Assembly (NCBI GenBank): GCA_026392035.1
Contig: JAPLCX010000108.1
Coordinates: 4,634-68,633, forward strand
Length of the DNA stretch: 64,000 bases
Direction of reading: 5' to 3'
Source: Candidatus Auribacterota bacterium
Lineage (GTDB): Bacteria > Auribacterota > Tritonobacteria > UBA1439
Part shown: positions 1 through 8,311 of the stretch, in pieces
Position numbering within the stretch: the stretch's first letter is position 1
Layout: the number at the start of each line of letters is the position of its first letter
Position numbers and translations under genes: made by a program
The notes under the pieces: model-generated
The model's database searches: none
Told to the model about the DNA's origin: nothing
Seen by the model: only the letters and a program-made list of their open reading frames with translations

Positions 1-1
1 G

Positions 2-631
2 CCGCTGCGTCCCACAGAACCAGGGCCGGAACCCCCGCCTCCGCCACCGGATCTCTCAGGCTACACAAGTGTGATACCAGACCCGCTCAAAACTATCCGC
101 GAGACGCCTGTAGGCGCTCTTGGGATGAAGATTGACCGGAAGCTGTTTGAACGTTTTGAAGAAACCGTAAAGGCCGATCCGGTAGCCCGGGAGAGCTATG
201 AGCGAGGCGATATTAAAGAAGCGGAGGCCTATGTCGTAGCGAATCTGTTCGACAAACCGGAATGGTTCTTCAGCCTTGAAAAATTACGCAAATCAGTGCA
301 TCTGGATCGGCGGATTACTCTACGGGAAATTCTGGCCAAGGTATTCGGCGAGATTGACCGATTCAAAACCAAGGATGAACTCCTGGAGGAGGAACTGTCG
401 AAATTCGTTTCCATCCACAAGCCGGATGCGACACGCATGCCGGTAATACGGCAATTTTTCAAGGCATACCTGACCGATGGCGGTGTCCGGGGCATTGTGG
501 ATTCCCGCGAATTTCCCAGGCTGGCTGATAATCCCAAAGTATCGCTGGCTGACTTGCGATTCCTTGGGGAATGGCGGGATCGTATTCCTGAATATGTGAA
601 GGACTACGTATCTCTGAACCAGTTTGTGTGA
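2..631 (+). CDS. hsdR: Type I restriction enzyme R subunit (HsdR), C-terminal fragment; gene is open to the 5' edge of the window
   Basis: Reading frame is open from nt 2 (no in-frame stop before the listed M at 71). Pro-rich linker then a helical C-terminal domain typical of HsdR C-termini. Sits immediately upstream of an hsdM/hsdS gene. Assignment rests on family resemblance and context only. Confidence 0.5.
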   Translation, partial: PLRPTEPGPEPPPPPPDLSGYTSVIPDPLKTIRETPVGALGMKIDRKLFERFEETVKADPVARESYERGDIKEAEAYVVANLFDKPEWFFSLEKLRKSVHLDRRITLREILAKVFGEIDRFKTKDELLEEELSKFVSIHKPDATRMPVIRQFFKAYLTDGGVRGIVDSREFPRLADNPKVSLADLRFLGEWRDRIPEYVKDYVSLNQFV

Positions 632-743
632 TGTAAATGGATGTGCGGGAGTTTTAAAACTTGAGGTCACAGATTGTGACCTCAAGCGCAGGTCTCATGA
701 GGATGTCGCAATTTGTGATATCCTCTGACATTAGGTCATCGTT

Positions 744-1316
744 ATGAATAGCAATCGAGTGTCCATACCAGCGGAGCGAATCGAGGGATTGATTCTTCTG
801 ATACGGGGGCAGAGGGTTATGTTGGATTCCGATCTGGCAAAGTTGTATGAAGTCACGACATCAAACCTGAACAAGGCGGTCAGACGTAATCCCGAGCGTT
901 TTCCGTCCGATTTCATGTTCCAGCTTAATGCATCCGAGTACCGGTCTTTAAGATTCCAATTTGGAATCTTAAAGCGCGGCCAGCACTCAAAATACCTGCC
1001 ATTGGCCTTCACCGAGCAGGGCGTTGCGATGCTCTCCAGCGTATTGAACAGTCCTCGCGCTATACAGGTAAATGTAGCCATTATGCGCGCTTTTGTACGC
1101 TTGCGCCAATTACTTGCCACACATGCAGGCCTGGCCCGAAAGCTTGAGGAGATGGAGCGCCAGTACGACCGGCAATTTCAGGTTGTGTTTGAAGCTATCC
1201 GTGAACTAATGAAGCCTCCGGAACCAAAAAGACGGCAGATCGGGTTCCATGTCCGGGAACGGCGTGCCTCATATTCCGCTCGACGGAAAAAGGTTGTGAA
1301 ACATGCTCGACGCTGA
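744..1316 (+). CDS. ORF6N (KilA-N-like) DNA-binding domain protein
   Basis: N-terminus [42 protein letters not shown] matches the ORF6N domain signature. Basic C-terminal tail. Inserted between hsdR and hsdM. Confidence 0.75.
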   Translation: MNSNRVSIPAERIEGLILLIRGQRVMLDSDLAKLYEVTTSNLNKAVRRNPERFPSDFMFQLNASEYRSLRFQFGILKRGQHSKYLPLAFTEQGVAMLSSVLNSPRAIQVNVAIMRAFVRLRQLLATHAGLARKLEEMERQYDRQFQVVFEAIRELMKPPEPKRRQIGFHVRERRASYSARRKKVVKHARR

Positions 1317-1428
1317 AACCAAAGCGAGAATAGATTCCGCCCGCGACATCCTGGTGGGCGCTATATTACCCTCTCCCTCTGGAGGGAGAGGGCGGGGTGA
1401 GGGGGAATATTTTGCTCTTCGTGACTGA
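1303..1428 (+). pseudogene. Duplicated 5' fragment of hsdM ([19 protein letters not shown]...) followed by an unrelated 22-codon tail and a stop
   Basis: nt 1303-1360 are ~88% identical to the true hsdM start at 1452-1510 (MLDTDTKARIDSARDILVGK). The ORF6N stop codon lies inside this copy. Confidence 0.5.
1360..1395. other. GC-rich inverted repeat/hairpin (CCCTCTCCCTC-TGGA-GGGAGAGGG) in the spacer between the hsdM 5' duplicate and the real hsdM
   Basis: Perfect 9-11-bp arms seen directly in the sequence. No T-tract follows, so it is not a canonical terminator. Confidence 0.4.
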
Positions 1429-1451
1429 TTCTGCATGAAAGGAAGCAATGT

Positions 1452-3929
1452 ATGCTTGATACTGATACAAAAGCGAGAATAGACTCCGCCCGCGATATCC
1501 TGGTGGGCAAGGTGCCTGATCCAAAATCCCAGGTGGAGCAAATCACCATCGCCCTGATCTACAAGTTCATGGACGACATGGACCGCCAGTCGGAGGAACT
1601 GGGCGGCAAAGCGGCTTTCTTCTCCGGTGAGTTCAAGAGATACGCTTGGAATCACCTACTCGATAATCGCCACAGCGGCCATGAGCGGTTACTTCTCTAC
1701 GCCGAAGGCATAGAGAAGATGAATACCAATAAGAACATCCCGCAGCTTTTCCGCGATATCTTCAAGGGCGTCTTTCTTCCCTACCGCGATCCAGAAACGC
1801 TGAATCTTTTTCTTAAAGAGATTAATGGATTCACGTATGATCACAGCGAAAGGCTTGGGGATGCGTTTGAATATCTCCTCTCTGTTCTCGGAAGCCAGGG
1901 AGAAGCCGGACAGTTCCGAACACCGAGGCACATTATTGACTTCATTGTCTCAATCGTCAGCCCTCAGAAAAATGAAACTATCCTCGATCCCGCATGTGGC
2001 ACCGCGGGATTCCTGATCTCATCTTACAAGCATATCCTAATCCAGAACACCAAGGATCGCCCCGGAGATAAACTTACGGCCGACGAACGCGGCAGGTTAA
2101 TGACAAATTTCTGCGGCTATGACATATCGCCCGATATGGTGCGATTGTCCCGCGTAAATATGTACCTGCATAGTTTTGCAAATCCGCGCATCCACGAATA
2201 TGACACATTGACAAGTGAGGAGCGATGGGACGAGCGCTATGACGTGATCCTGGCTAATCCGCCTTTTATGTCACCCAAAGGTGGTATTCGGCCCCATAAT
2301 CGCTTCAGCATCAAAGCTACCCGAAGCGAGGTGCTGTTTGTTGACTATATCGCTGAGCATCTCAACGTCAATGGCCGCGCCGGCATCATCGTGCCGGAGG
2401 GAATTATTTTTCAGTCGCAGAATGCTTATAAGAAACTGCGGAAGATGCTCGTCGAGAATTATCTCTGGTGTGTGGTTTCGCTCCCCGGCGGTTGTTTTAA
2501 TCCTTATTCCGGAGTGAAGACGAGCATCCTCCTCCTCGACAAATCGCTGGCAAAGCGGATAGATGAAATCATGTTTGTGAAGATAGGGGATGATGGGTTT
2601 GATCTCGGCGCGCAGAGGAGGCCGATTGAGGAGAATGATTTGCCCGAGGCACTGGCGCTAATTAAGAAATGGAAGGAAGGTAACAAAGAAGTTCAAGAGG
2701 CGCAAAAGAAATTGGCTCATGCCGTCAGCTGCAAACAGCTCCTTGAATCCGGCGATTGCCACCTCTCCGGCGATCGCTACCGGGATAAGGGTATTCGAGT
2801 CAGCGGCAAGTGGCCGATGGTGCCCATTGGAAAACTGTGTGAGAACATTAAAAATGGCCTCACTCCAAAAGAACATAGAGGACGTGTTGTCTATATTGGG
2901 CTAGAAAATATTGTATCAAACTCCGGTGAGCTTGTCGGAGAATTTGAATCCGAAATTAAAGCAATAAAGAGCACAAAACTGCGTTTTCAGAAAAATAATA
3001 TCTTATATGGCAAACTGCGTCCCAATCTTAATAAGGTTTGGCTTGCGGACCGTGATGGAATTTGCTCCACCGATATAATGGTTTTGCGCTTCAATTCGAT
3101 CCTTGCAAACCCTTCTTTATTTGTACATATCCTTAGGCAAAAGATCTTCAATAACAAAGTGCTCCAGGGACTTGTTGGAGCACAATTGCCAAGAATCAAA
3201 TTCTCATACTTTGTATCTATAGATGTCCCCCTTCCCCCTCTGGAAGTACAGGAGCAGATTGTCGCGGAACTGAACGGCTATCGGAAGATCATCGAAGGCG
3301 CAAAGCAAATCATCGCCAATTACAAACCGACCATTAAGATTAATTCGGCCTGGCCGATAGGTGTTTTGAAAGAGGTGGCAGAGATTAATCGATTAACAAT
3401 TGACCCGGGTGAGAAATATGGCAGCCGAGAATTTTGCTATGTCGACATTTCCTCTGTAGAAAACGGTACCGGGAGAGTTATGTTCGGTAATCGCATAAAA
3501 GGTAGTGAAGCTCCCAGTAGGGCACGCCGTGTCGTCGCCAAAGGAGACGTTTTGCTTTCAACGGTTAGGCCAAACTTGAAAGCATTCGCCTGCCTCGATG
3601 AGGTCCCGGATGATGCTGTTGCTTCAACCGGGTTTGCTGTTTTGACACCTCGTGCAAACAGAGTATTAAGTCGGTTCCTCTGGCATCTACTTTTCGATGA
3701 TTGCGTCCTGGCGCAAATGCTAAGCAGGATGGGGCGAGGTGCATATCCGAGCATAAATCAATCAGATGTTGAATCCCTGAAAGTCCCCCTTCCGCCCCTC
3801 GACATCCAACACCAGATCGTTGACACGCTCGAATCGGAGCGGGCGATAGTAGACGCGAACCGGAAGCTGGTCGAAATGTTCGAGCAAAAGATTCAGGCCA
3901 AGCTCGCAGAAATATGGGGTGAAGAATAG
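1452..3929 (+). CDS. hsdM: Type I R-M methyltransferase-specificity fusion: N6-adenine MTase (HsdM) domain fused in frame to a two-TRD HsdS
   Basis: HsdM motifs: LDPACGTAGFLI (motif I) and LANPPFMSPKGG (NPPF, motif IV). The HsdS part begins near aa 440 (from ~nt 2770) with TRD1. The central conserved repeat is LPPLEVQEQIVAELNGYRKIIEGAKQII. TRD2 and the C-terminal conserved repeat LPPLDIQHQIVDTLESERAIVDANRKLVEMFEQKIQAKLAEIWGE follow. One uninterrupted 825-codon ORF. RBS AAGGAAG upstream. Confidence 0.85.
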   Translation: MLDTDTKARIDSARDILVGKVPDPKSQVEQITIALIYKFMDDMDRQSEELGGKAAFFSGEFKRYAWNHLLDNRHSGHERLLLYAEGIEKMNTNKNIPQLFRDIFKGVFLPYRDPETLNLFLKEINGFTYDHSERLGDAFEYLLSVLGSQGEAGQFRTPRHIIDFIVSIVSPQKNETILDPACGTAGFLISSYKHILIQNTKDRPGDKLTADERGRLMTNFCGYDISPDMVRLSRVNMYLHSFANPRIHEYDTLTSEERWDERYDVILANPPFMSPKGGIRPHNRFSIKATRSEVLFVDYIAEHLNVNGRAGIIVPEGIIFQSQNAYKKLRKMLVENYLWCVVSLPGGCFNPYSGVKTSILLLDKSLAKRIDEIMFVKIGDDGFDLGAQRRPIEENDLPEALALIKKWKEGNKEVQEAQKKLAHAVSCKQLLESGDCHLSGDRYRDKGIRVSGKWPMVPIGKLCENIKNGLTPKEHRGRVVYIGLENIVSNSGELVGEFESEIKAIKSTKLRFQKNNILYGKLRPNLNKVWLADRDGICSTDIMVLRFNSILANPSLFVHILRQKIFNNKVLQGLVGAQLPRIKFSYFVSIDVPLPPLEVQEQIVAELNGYRKIIEGAKQIIANYKPTIKINSAWPIGVLKEVAEINRLTIDPGEKYGSREFCYVDISSVENGTGRVMFGNRIKGSEAPSRARRVVAKGDVLLSTVRPNLKAFACLDEVPDDAVASTGFAVLTPRANRVLSRFLWHLLFDDCVLAQMLSRMGRGAYPSINQSDVESLKVPLPPLDIQHQIVDTLESERAIVDANRKLVEMFEQKIQAKLAEIWGEE

Positions 3930-4094
3930 CAACAGAGCCAAGAGGTGTAATCATTATTATGATGATGATCATTGGACTTAATGTGCTTCAGCCTTCTATG
4001 TGGGGTCTATGAATATAGCGGTTGCCCAGTCCTTAAACAATAGGTGTTATGAAGTTAGAGGCCCCGGCTAGGCAGGATAAAAGAGAATAAGAAT

Positions 4095-5336
4095 ATGTTT
4101 GGACAAAAGTATTTTGAACAACGTATTGGCGACATTTTCCATTTATCTCCAATCCCGTACTTGTGTGGCGATGGTGAGTTATCCAATTCACATGAATCAT
4201 GCAAAGTGCGGTGGGAACTGAATGTTCCTATCACCGGGGAACCACTTCTTGTCATTAGTACTGGCAAAGTGATCACGCCTGATAGTTGGATTACAGCAGA
4301 CCGACAGTTTGTTGAGTGGATATTGACAGGAGCCACAGATGATAAATTATTCTTGATCGCAGCGGAAGCAGTCATATTAAATAGAATGAAGCCTTCATCT
4401 GATGAGCAGCCGAATTATTATTTTAGCCAGTTTCGGCAGATGGATATTTTGCGAAGTTCATCAAAAGCAGTTACTAAATTAGAGGCAATAACGCTTAATT
4501 TTACATTTGAAGGTACAGATAAATTCCAAATAGCAGTCGCTGGAAGGCAAATCCACTTCCGACAAAGCAAGCAGTATAGCGAGTTAAGGGAGCTTATAAA
4601 GATCAAACGGATTGATCGCGCCTTAATTTCTGAGATCCATGTTCCACTACTTGAAGGAGAGACGCTAGAAATGGGGATAGAGATCCTATTCACGCTAGGA
4701 TGGTTAATTTCTTTTCTCACCTTAAACCGAGTTTCAACTCCATTGCTTCGCCTGCTAGACAATGAAACGTTGTGTGGTTGGAGAATTATGGAGCTCCGTT
4801 CTTATCCTTATCATCCTAGTGAAATCATTGATAATAAAATAATCCCAGAAGGCATCAAGAAATGCCTCGAATCAGTATATGATAATTTTGTGAGGTTTAG
4901 TAAATCGCTAGAGCTGGAACGACTCGTAGATATGATTTTGACAGCGTATCAGGAGGGGCTTGTGGAATTCAAAGTGGCTGGGCTTATTTTAGGATATGAA
5001 CTATTTTGTACGTCTTTTCTGAAATATAAAGGCAGACCGCTGACTCTAGAATCTAACATCGAGCAGAAGCTAAATGGTGTAAATAGTTATCTTCGCTTTA
5101 TACCCGCGCATTTGCTTAACGAAAGACTGCGGAAAGATATTCGCAACCCGCTTTTTCACGAAGGATTGATTATTGGGATTGATACAAGGAGTTTATTTCG
5201 ATGGTATAAAGAATATTTGGATCTATTGATAGAAATGCTTTTATTTATTTTAGGCTATAAAGGGAATTTTATTTCACGCGTAGATTATAAGCCCATTCCG
5301 GTCCCGATATCCGCAGGCAAATCCAATATCCCTTGA
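4095..5336 (+). CDS. Hypothetical protein (413 aa); first gene of the AT-rich two-gene island; no recognisable catalytic or NTP-binding motif
   Basis: Long ORF in a markedly AT-richer stretch than the flanks. Codirectional with the SIR2-like gene 70 nt downstream. No Walker A, TIR-like or HEPN-like motif seen. Confidence 0.6.
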   Translation: MFGQKYFEQRIGDIFHLSPIPYLCGDGELSNSHESCKVRWELNVPITGEPLLVISTGKVITPDSWITADRQFVEWILTGATDDKLFLIAAEAVILNRMKPSSDEQPNYYFSQFRQMDILRSSSKAVTKLEAITLNFTFEGTDKFQIAVAGRQIHFRQSKQYSELRELIKIKRIDRALISEIHVPLLEGETLEMGIEILFTLGWLISFLTLNRVSTPLLRLLDNETLCGWRIMELRSYPYHPSEIIDNKIIPEGIKKCLESVYDNFVRFSKSLELERLVDMILTAYQEGLVEFKVAGLILGYELFCTSFLKYKGRPLTLESNIEQKLNGVNSYLRFIPAHLLNERLRKDIRNPLFHEGLIIGIDTRSLFRWYKEYLDLLIEMLLFILGYKGNFISRVDYKPIPVPISAGKSNIP

Positions 5337-5405
5337 TGACAGAAGTGGAACACAGGCTATGATGAATTCATTGAGCGTATATATGTCAGGCAATAATCGC
5401 TTTGC

Positions 5406-6605
5406 ATGAATATGAAAATCATACTTTTTCTGGGATCAGGAGTATCATTTCCGACGGGATTGCCATGTGCGAAAAAGGTAACAGATTCTATTCTCAGCGA
5501 TGAATGGCATAGTTGTAGTGATGGGATATTTCGACCGGGGCCAGAACCGAATCAGTATTTTCGAGACGATAATCTCGCGCCTTGTCTTCAGCAGTTTCTA
5601 AAATTGCTTAAGGAATATGCTGACGCTTATTATTCAAATAAGCATAGGCCAGAGTCGAATTACGAAGATTTATATTACCTCGCGCAGCAGATAGAGGATG
5701 AGGAGTTGGGAGAGATATTTAATCCAGCCATACGGCCTTTTGTCGAAGAGATAAAAAACAAGACTGTAGCATTATGCAGTCGGGAACAGTTTGGTATCAA
5801 AGACTTAACTTTTAGAGAGCTAGGCTGGAAAGCTTGCATATTTATTGAATATGCTTTATGGCAACTTTTGGGTACTAACAATAATCCTGAAGGGATGAAT
5901 CTCATTAAAGAGCTTGCGCTATCGCCAGAAGTTGAAGCTTTAGATATTCTCACTTTGAATCATGACATTCTAGTAGAAAGATTCCTTAGTCGTAACGGAA
6001 TTCAATATGCTGATGGTTTTGGGCTACCTGATGGAGATGTTAGGTTTTTTAAGCCATCGACATATGATGAGGATATCAAGGTTCGCCTTTTCAAACTTCA
6101 TGGCTCAATCAACTGGTTTTGGCTTAGACGCCGTGAGGGTGATATTGCCATTGCTGAATATGGCATCCCAATAAATAATGACATTTGGCACTTTAAAGAT
6201 GCAAAAGGTGAGAACATTGATAACTTGATGGGCGGGCCCAGAATTTTGATAGGGACTTATAACAAGATACCGGATTATGGTCAGGGCATATTTTCAGGAG
6301 TACACCTCAAATTTCAGTCTATTCTCCCAGAACGTGATTTGATGGTTATGTCCGGCTATGGCTGGAATGATAGGGGGATATCTCTCCGCCTTCGAGAATG
6401 GCTTAATTCTTCAATGGATAAACGCCTTTATCTATTGCATCAAAATCCTGAATCAGAAATTCGCGATAAATCAAAAAGTGGAATGTGGCACTGGTATGAG
6501 CCATGGGTAAAAGAGGGAAGGCTTGTGCCAATTAAGCAATGGTTGTGTGATATTAAATTACCTGAACTAATCGGAATAATTAAAACCCATCGAAGTGTGC
6601 ATTAA
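5406..6605 (+). CDS. SIR2-like protein (SIR2_2 / DHS-like NAD-binding family), standalone, 399 aa
   Basis: Rossmann start ILFLGSGVSFPTGLP. Catalytic-pair region LTLNHDILVE (Asn) ... FKLHGSINWF (His), arranged as in ThsA/DSR-type SIR2 domains. Later LMVMSGYGWNDRGI motif. The whole protein is SIR2_2-like. Confidence 0.75.
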   Translation: MNMKIILFLGSGVSFPTGLPCAKKVTDSILSDEWHSCSDGIFRPGPEPNQYFRDDNLAPCLQQFLKLLKEYADAYYSNKHRPESNYEDLYYLAQQIEDEELGEIFNPAIRPFVEEIKNKTVALCSREQFGIKDLTFRELGWKACIFIEYALWQLLGTNNNPEGMNLIKELALSPEVEALDILTLNHDILVERFLSRNGIQYADGFGLPDGDVRFFKPSTYDEDIKVRLFKLHGSINWFWLRRREGDIAIAEYGIPINNDIWHFKDAKGENIDNLMGGPRILIGTYNKIPDYGQGIFSGVHLKFQSILPERDLMVMSGYGWNDRGISLRLREWLNSSMDKRLYLLHQNPESEIRDKSKSGMWHWYEPWVKEGRLVPIKQWLCDIKLPELIGIIKTHRSVH

Positions 6606-6663
6606 CTCCGTTCAACGACTATAAAGATCAAAGAGGCAGCCCCTCTTAAACAGCGTTTAGAAA

Positions 6664-6697
6664 CTTTTGGAGCGCGCAAAACCAAGAGCCTGCGGAG
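6664..6697. repeat. Repeat family R1, copy a (CTTTTGGAGCGCGCAAAACCAAGAGCCTGCGGAG)
   Basis: Near-identical copy at 7183-7217. Seen directly. Confidence 0.6.
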
Positions 6698-6821
6698 CCG
6701 AGGTCAGAGGTTTCTTTTCCTGCACCCGTGGAGCCCGTGGGGGAAATCGAAGGGGATCACTAAAAACAGCGGGAATTTTTTCTCTCATTCTAATCCCAAT
6801 TTTAGCATTGCTGCCCAACCC

Positions 6822-6875
6822 ATCCGCCTTGACTCACGCAAATGTTATTGACCTCATCCATGAACGCTCAACCCC
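6822..6875. repeat. Repeat family R2, copy a (ATCCGCCTTGACTCACGCAAATGTTATTGACCTCATCCATGAACGCTCAACCCC); contains two -35-like hexamers TTGACT/TTGACC
   Basis: Second copy 105 bp downstream (6927-6980). Partial third copy 6981-7006. Confidence 0.6.
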
Positions 6876-6926
6876 GCCGCCCTGCTGCCCATTCCCTCCC
6901 GCATCTATAATTGGAATGCTAAAAAG

Positions 6927-6980
6927 ATCCGCCTTGACTTACGCGAATGTAATTGACCTCACCCCTGAGCGCTCAACCCA
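6927..6980. repeat. Repeat family R2, copy b
   Basis: ATCCGCCTTGACTTACGCGAATGTAATTGACCTCACCCCTGAGCGCTCAACCCA, ~85% identical to copy a. Confidence 0.6.
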
Positions 6981-7182
6981 TCCTCCTTGACTCGCATGAA
7001 AGTTATCGGCATACGCATTTAAGCGTCCACGACACCTCAATAAAGCTTCCCCATCATAAGCGGAGTGGAAGCGGAGAGGGTACGGAGAGGGTGTCTCCCT
7101 GGGTGAGAAAAGAACCCCCCGCACCATCTCACGGTGATGCGGGGGCTTTCCAGAGCCACCGGGGATTATGCCTTTTAATGAG

Positions 7183-7217
7183 CTTTTAGAGCGCGCGAAA
7201 AACCTGGAGCCTGCGGA
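7183..7217. repeat. Repeat family R1, copy b
   Basis: CTTTTAGAGCGCGCGAAAAACCTGGAGCCTGCGGAG; pairs with 6664-6697. Confidence 0.6.
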
Positions 7218-7688
7218 GAGATTCCCGAGACTAAAGTCTCGGCTACGAGTCTCGGCTACCAAGCCCGGCCACGCCCCGGTCCCGGTGGGACTTCCCTTCG
7301 GCGGGGTCCCTACCGGGAGAGGAGCAAAGAAAAACAGCACAGGTCATGAGTCGGAGTCGCAAGGAGCGTGACAGCTATGCTAAGGCACCTCAACTAAGCT
7401 CGGTGACTTCGTCGCGCTCCTTGCTTCACATATGGAGCCAGCGCGGCCTGTCGAGTCGGGAGTGGTATGCTCCGAAGATCCTTCGCTGCGCTCAGGAGCT
7501 CCGCGGGGACGGGCGAGCAATCAATATGCCTTCAGGAACTTGAGATTCCGCTTCCGGGAGCGGTGGATTATGTTAGGCAAGATCACCGGGAACAAGGCCC
7601 CTCGGCTATGCTCGGACTCTCCGCTCGTTCGCAAAAGCTCACTCTCTCCGACTGGTAATGGGGCCTCGATTTGAGCCATTTTTTCATT

Positions 7689-7733
7689 TCGAACCAACTC
7701 CGACCGGGAAACTGGTCGGGGTTGGTTCGTTTT
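7689..7733 (+). terminator. Intrinsic terminator on + strand: long hairpin CGAACCAACTCCGACC-GGGAAACT-GGTCGGGGTTGGTTCG followed by TTTTG
   Basis: 15-bp interrupted stem plus T-run, read directly. Marks the 3' end of a + strand transcript from the gene-free region. Confidence 0.6.
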
Positions 7734-7863
7734 GCCTCCGGCTTCGCCTCCGGAACACACGCGCGCGTTGAAGAGATTTGAATAAATGAAAAGGGATAGG
7801 CTGCTCCCCGAATCTGATTACCACGAGCGTGTCGAAAAGATTCCTGCGGCGGAGGCAAAATAC

Positions 7864-7895
7864 AAAAGGCCCTTATAAAGGGCCCTTTGCATTTT
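7864..7895. terminator. Bidirectional intrinsic terminator (AAAAGGCCCTT-ATAA-AGGGCCCTTT flanked by T/A runs)
   Basis: Hairpin with T-runs on both strands, immediately downstream of the minus-strand lipoprotein gene ending at 7968. Confidence 0.6.
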
Positions 7896-7967
7896 AGCGC
7901 CATGACCGCCGATGTGATTTTCTCCGGCTCCAGCCGGCGGCGCGGTCACAGGAGAAAAGGCTGACGC

Positions 7968-8291
7968 TCAGATAACCGTGTCGAAAACCATCGCGATCAT
8001 CCGAAACGGCAGTGCCACGACATCCCCGATCAGGATGAAAAACCTCCCCACGATACTGTGGGATTCCTTCTCCTTTATGATCGTTGTCTCTTTGACTACC
8101 TTCCCGGGCTCTCCCGGCGTGGGCTCCGTTTTATAGACGGTTTCTTCCTTGGTGACAGACTTGGCAGATGAGCCGCACCCGGTCATGAGAAGCGACGCCA
8201 TGAAGATCACCACCACACCCAGGATTATCCCACGATGCCAGCCTGCCGTTGATCGCCATATATTCATTTCGCTCCTCTCTTTAGGCAACAA
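7968..8291 (-). CDS. Small lipoprotein (signal peptide with lipobox LLMTGC), unknown function
   Basis: Hydrophobic N-terminus ending in LMTGCGSS. Lys/Glu/Thr-rich mature part. Confidence 0.45.
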   Translation of the reverse strand: MLPKERSEMNIWRSTAGWHRGIILGVVVIFMASLLMTGCGSSAKSVTKEETVYKTEPTPGEPGKVVKETTIIKEKESHSIVGRFFILIGDVVALPFRMIAMVFDTVI

Positions 8292-8311
8292 CCCATAACG
8301 TGCAGCAATAG

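Noticed and set aside
6667-6990. 107-aa ORF with repeated peptide SALT(H/Y)ANVIDL...ERST..PP
   Set aside because: The peptide repeat is simply the translation of the R2 DNA direct repeat. There is no RBS, and the ORF overlaps other equally implausible frames. It is treated as non-coding.
6606-7960. tmRNA, RNase P RNA or tRNA as the identity of the structured gene-free region (and as an island integration target)
   Set aside because: I could not find a tRNA-like T-arm (GGTTCGAATCC-type) with a CCA-proximal acceptor, a tmRNA tag reading frame, or P4-like RNase P motifs by eye. The question is left open as an unclassified candidate ncRNA instead.
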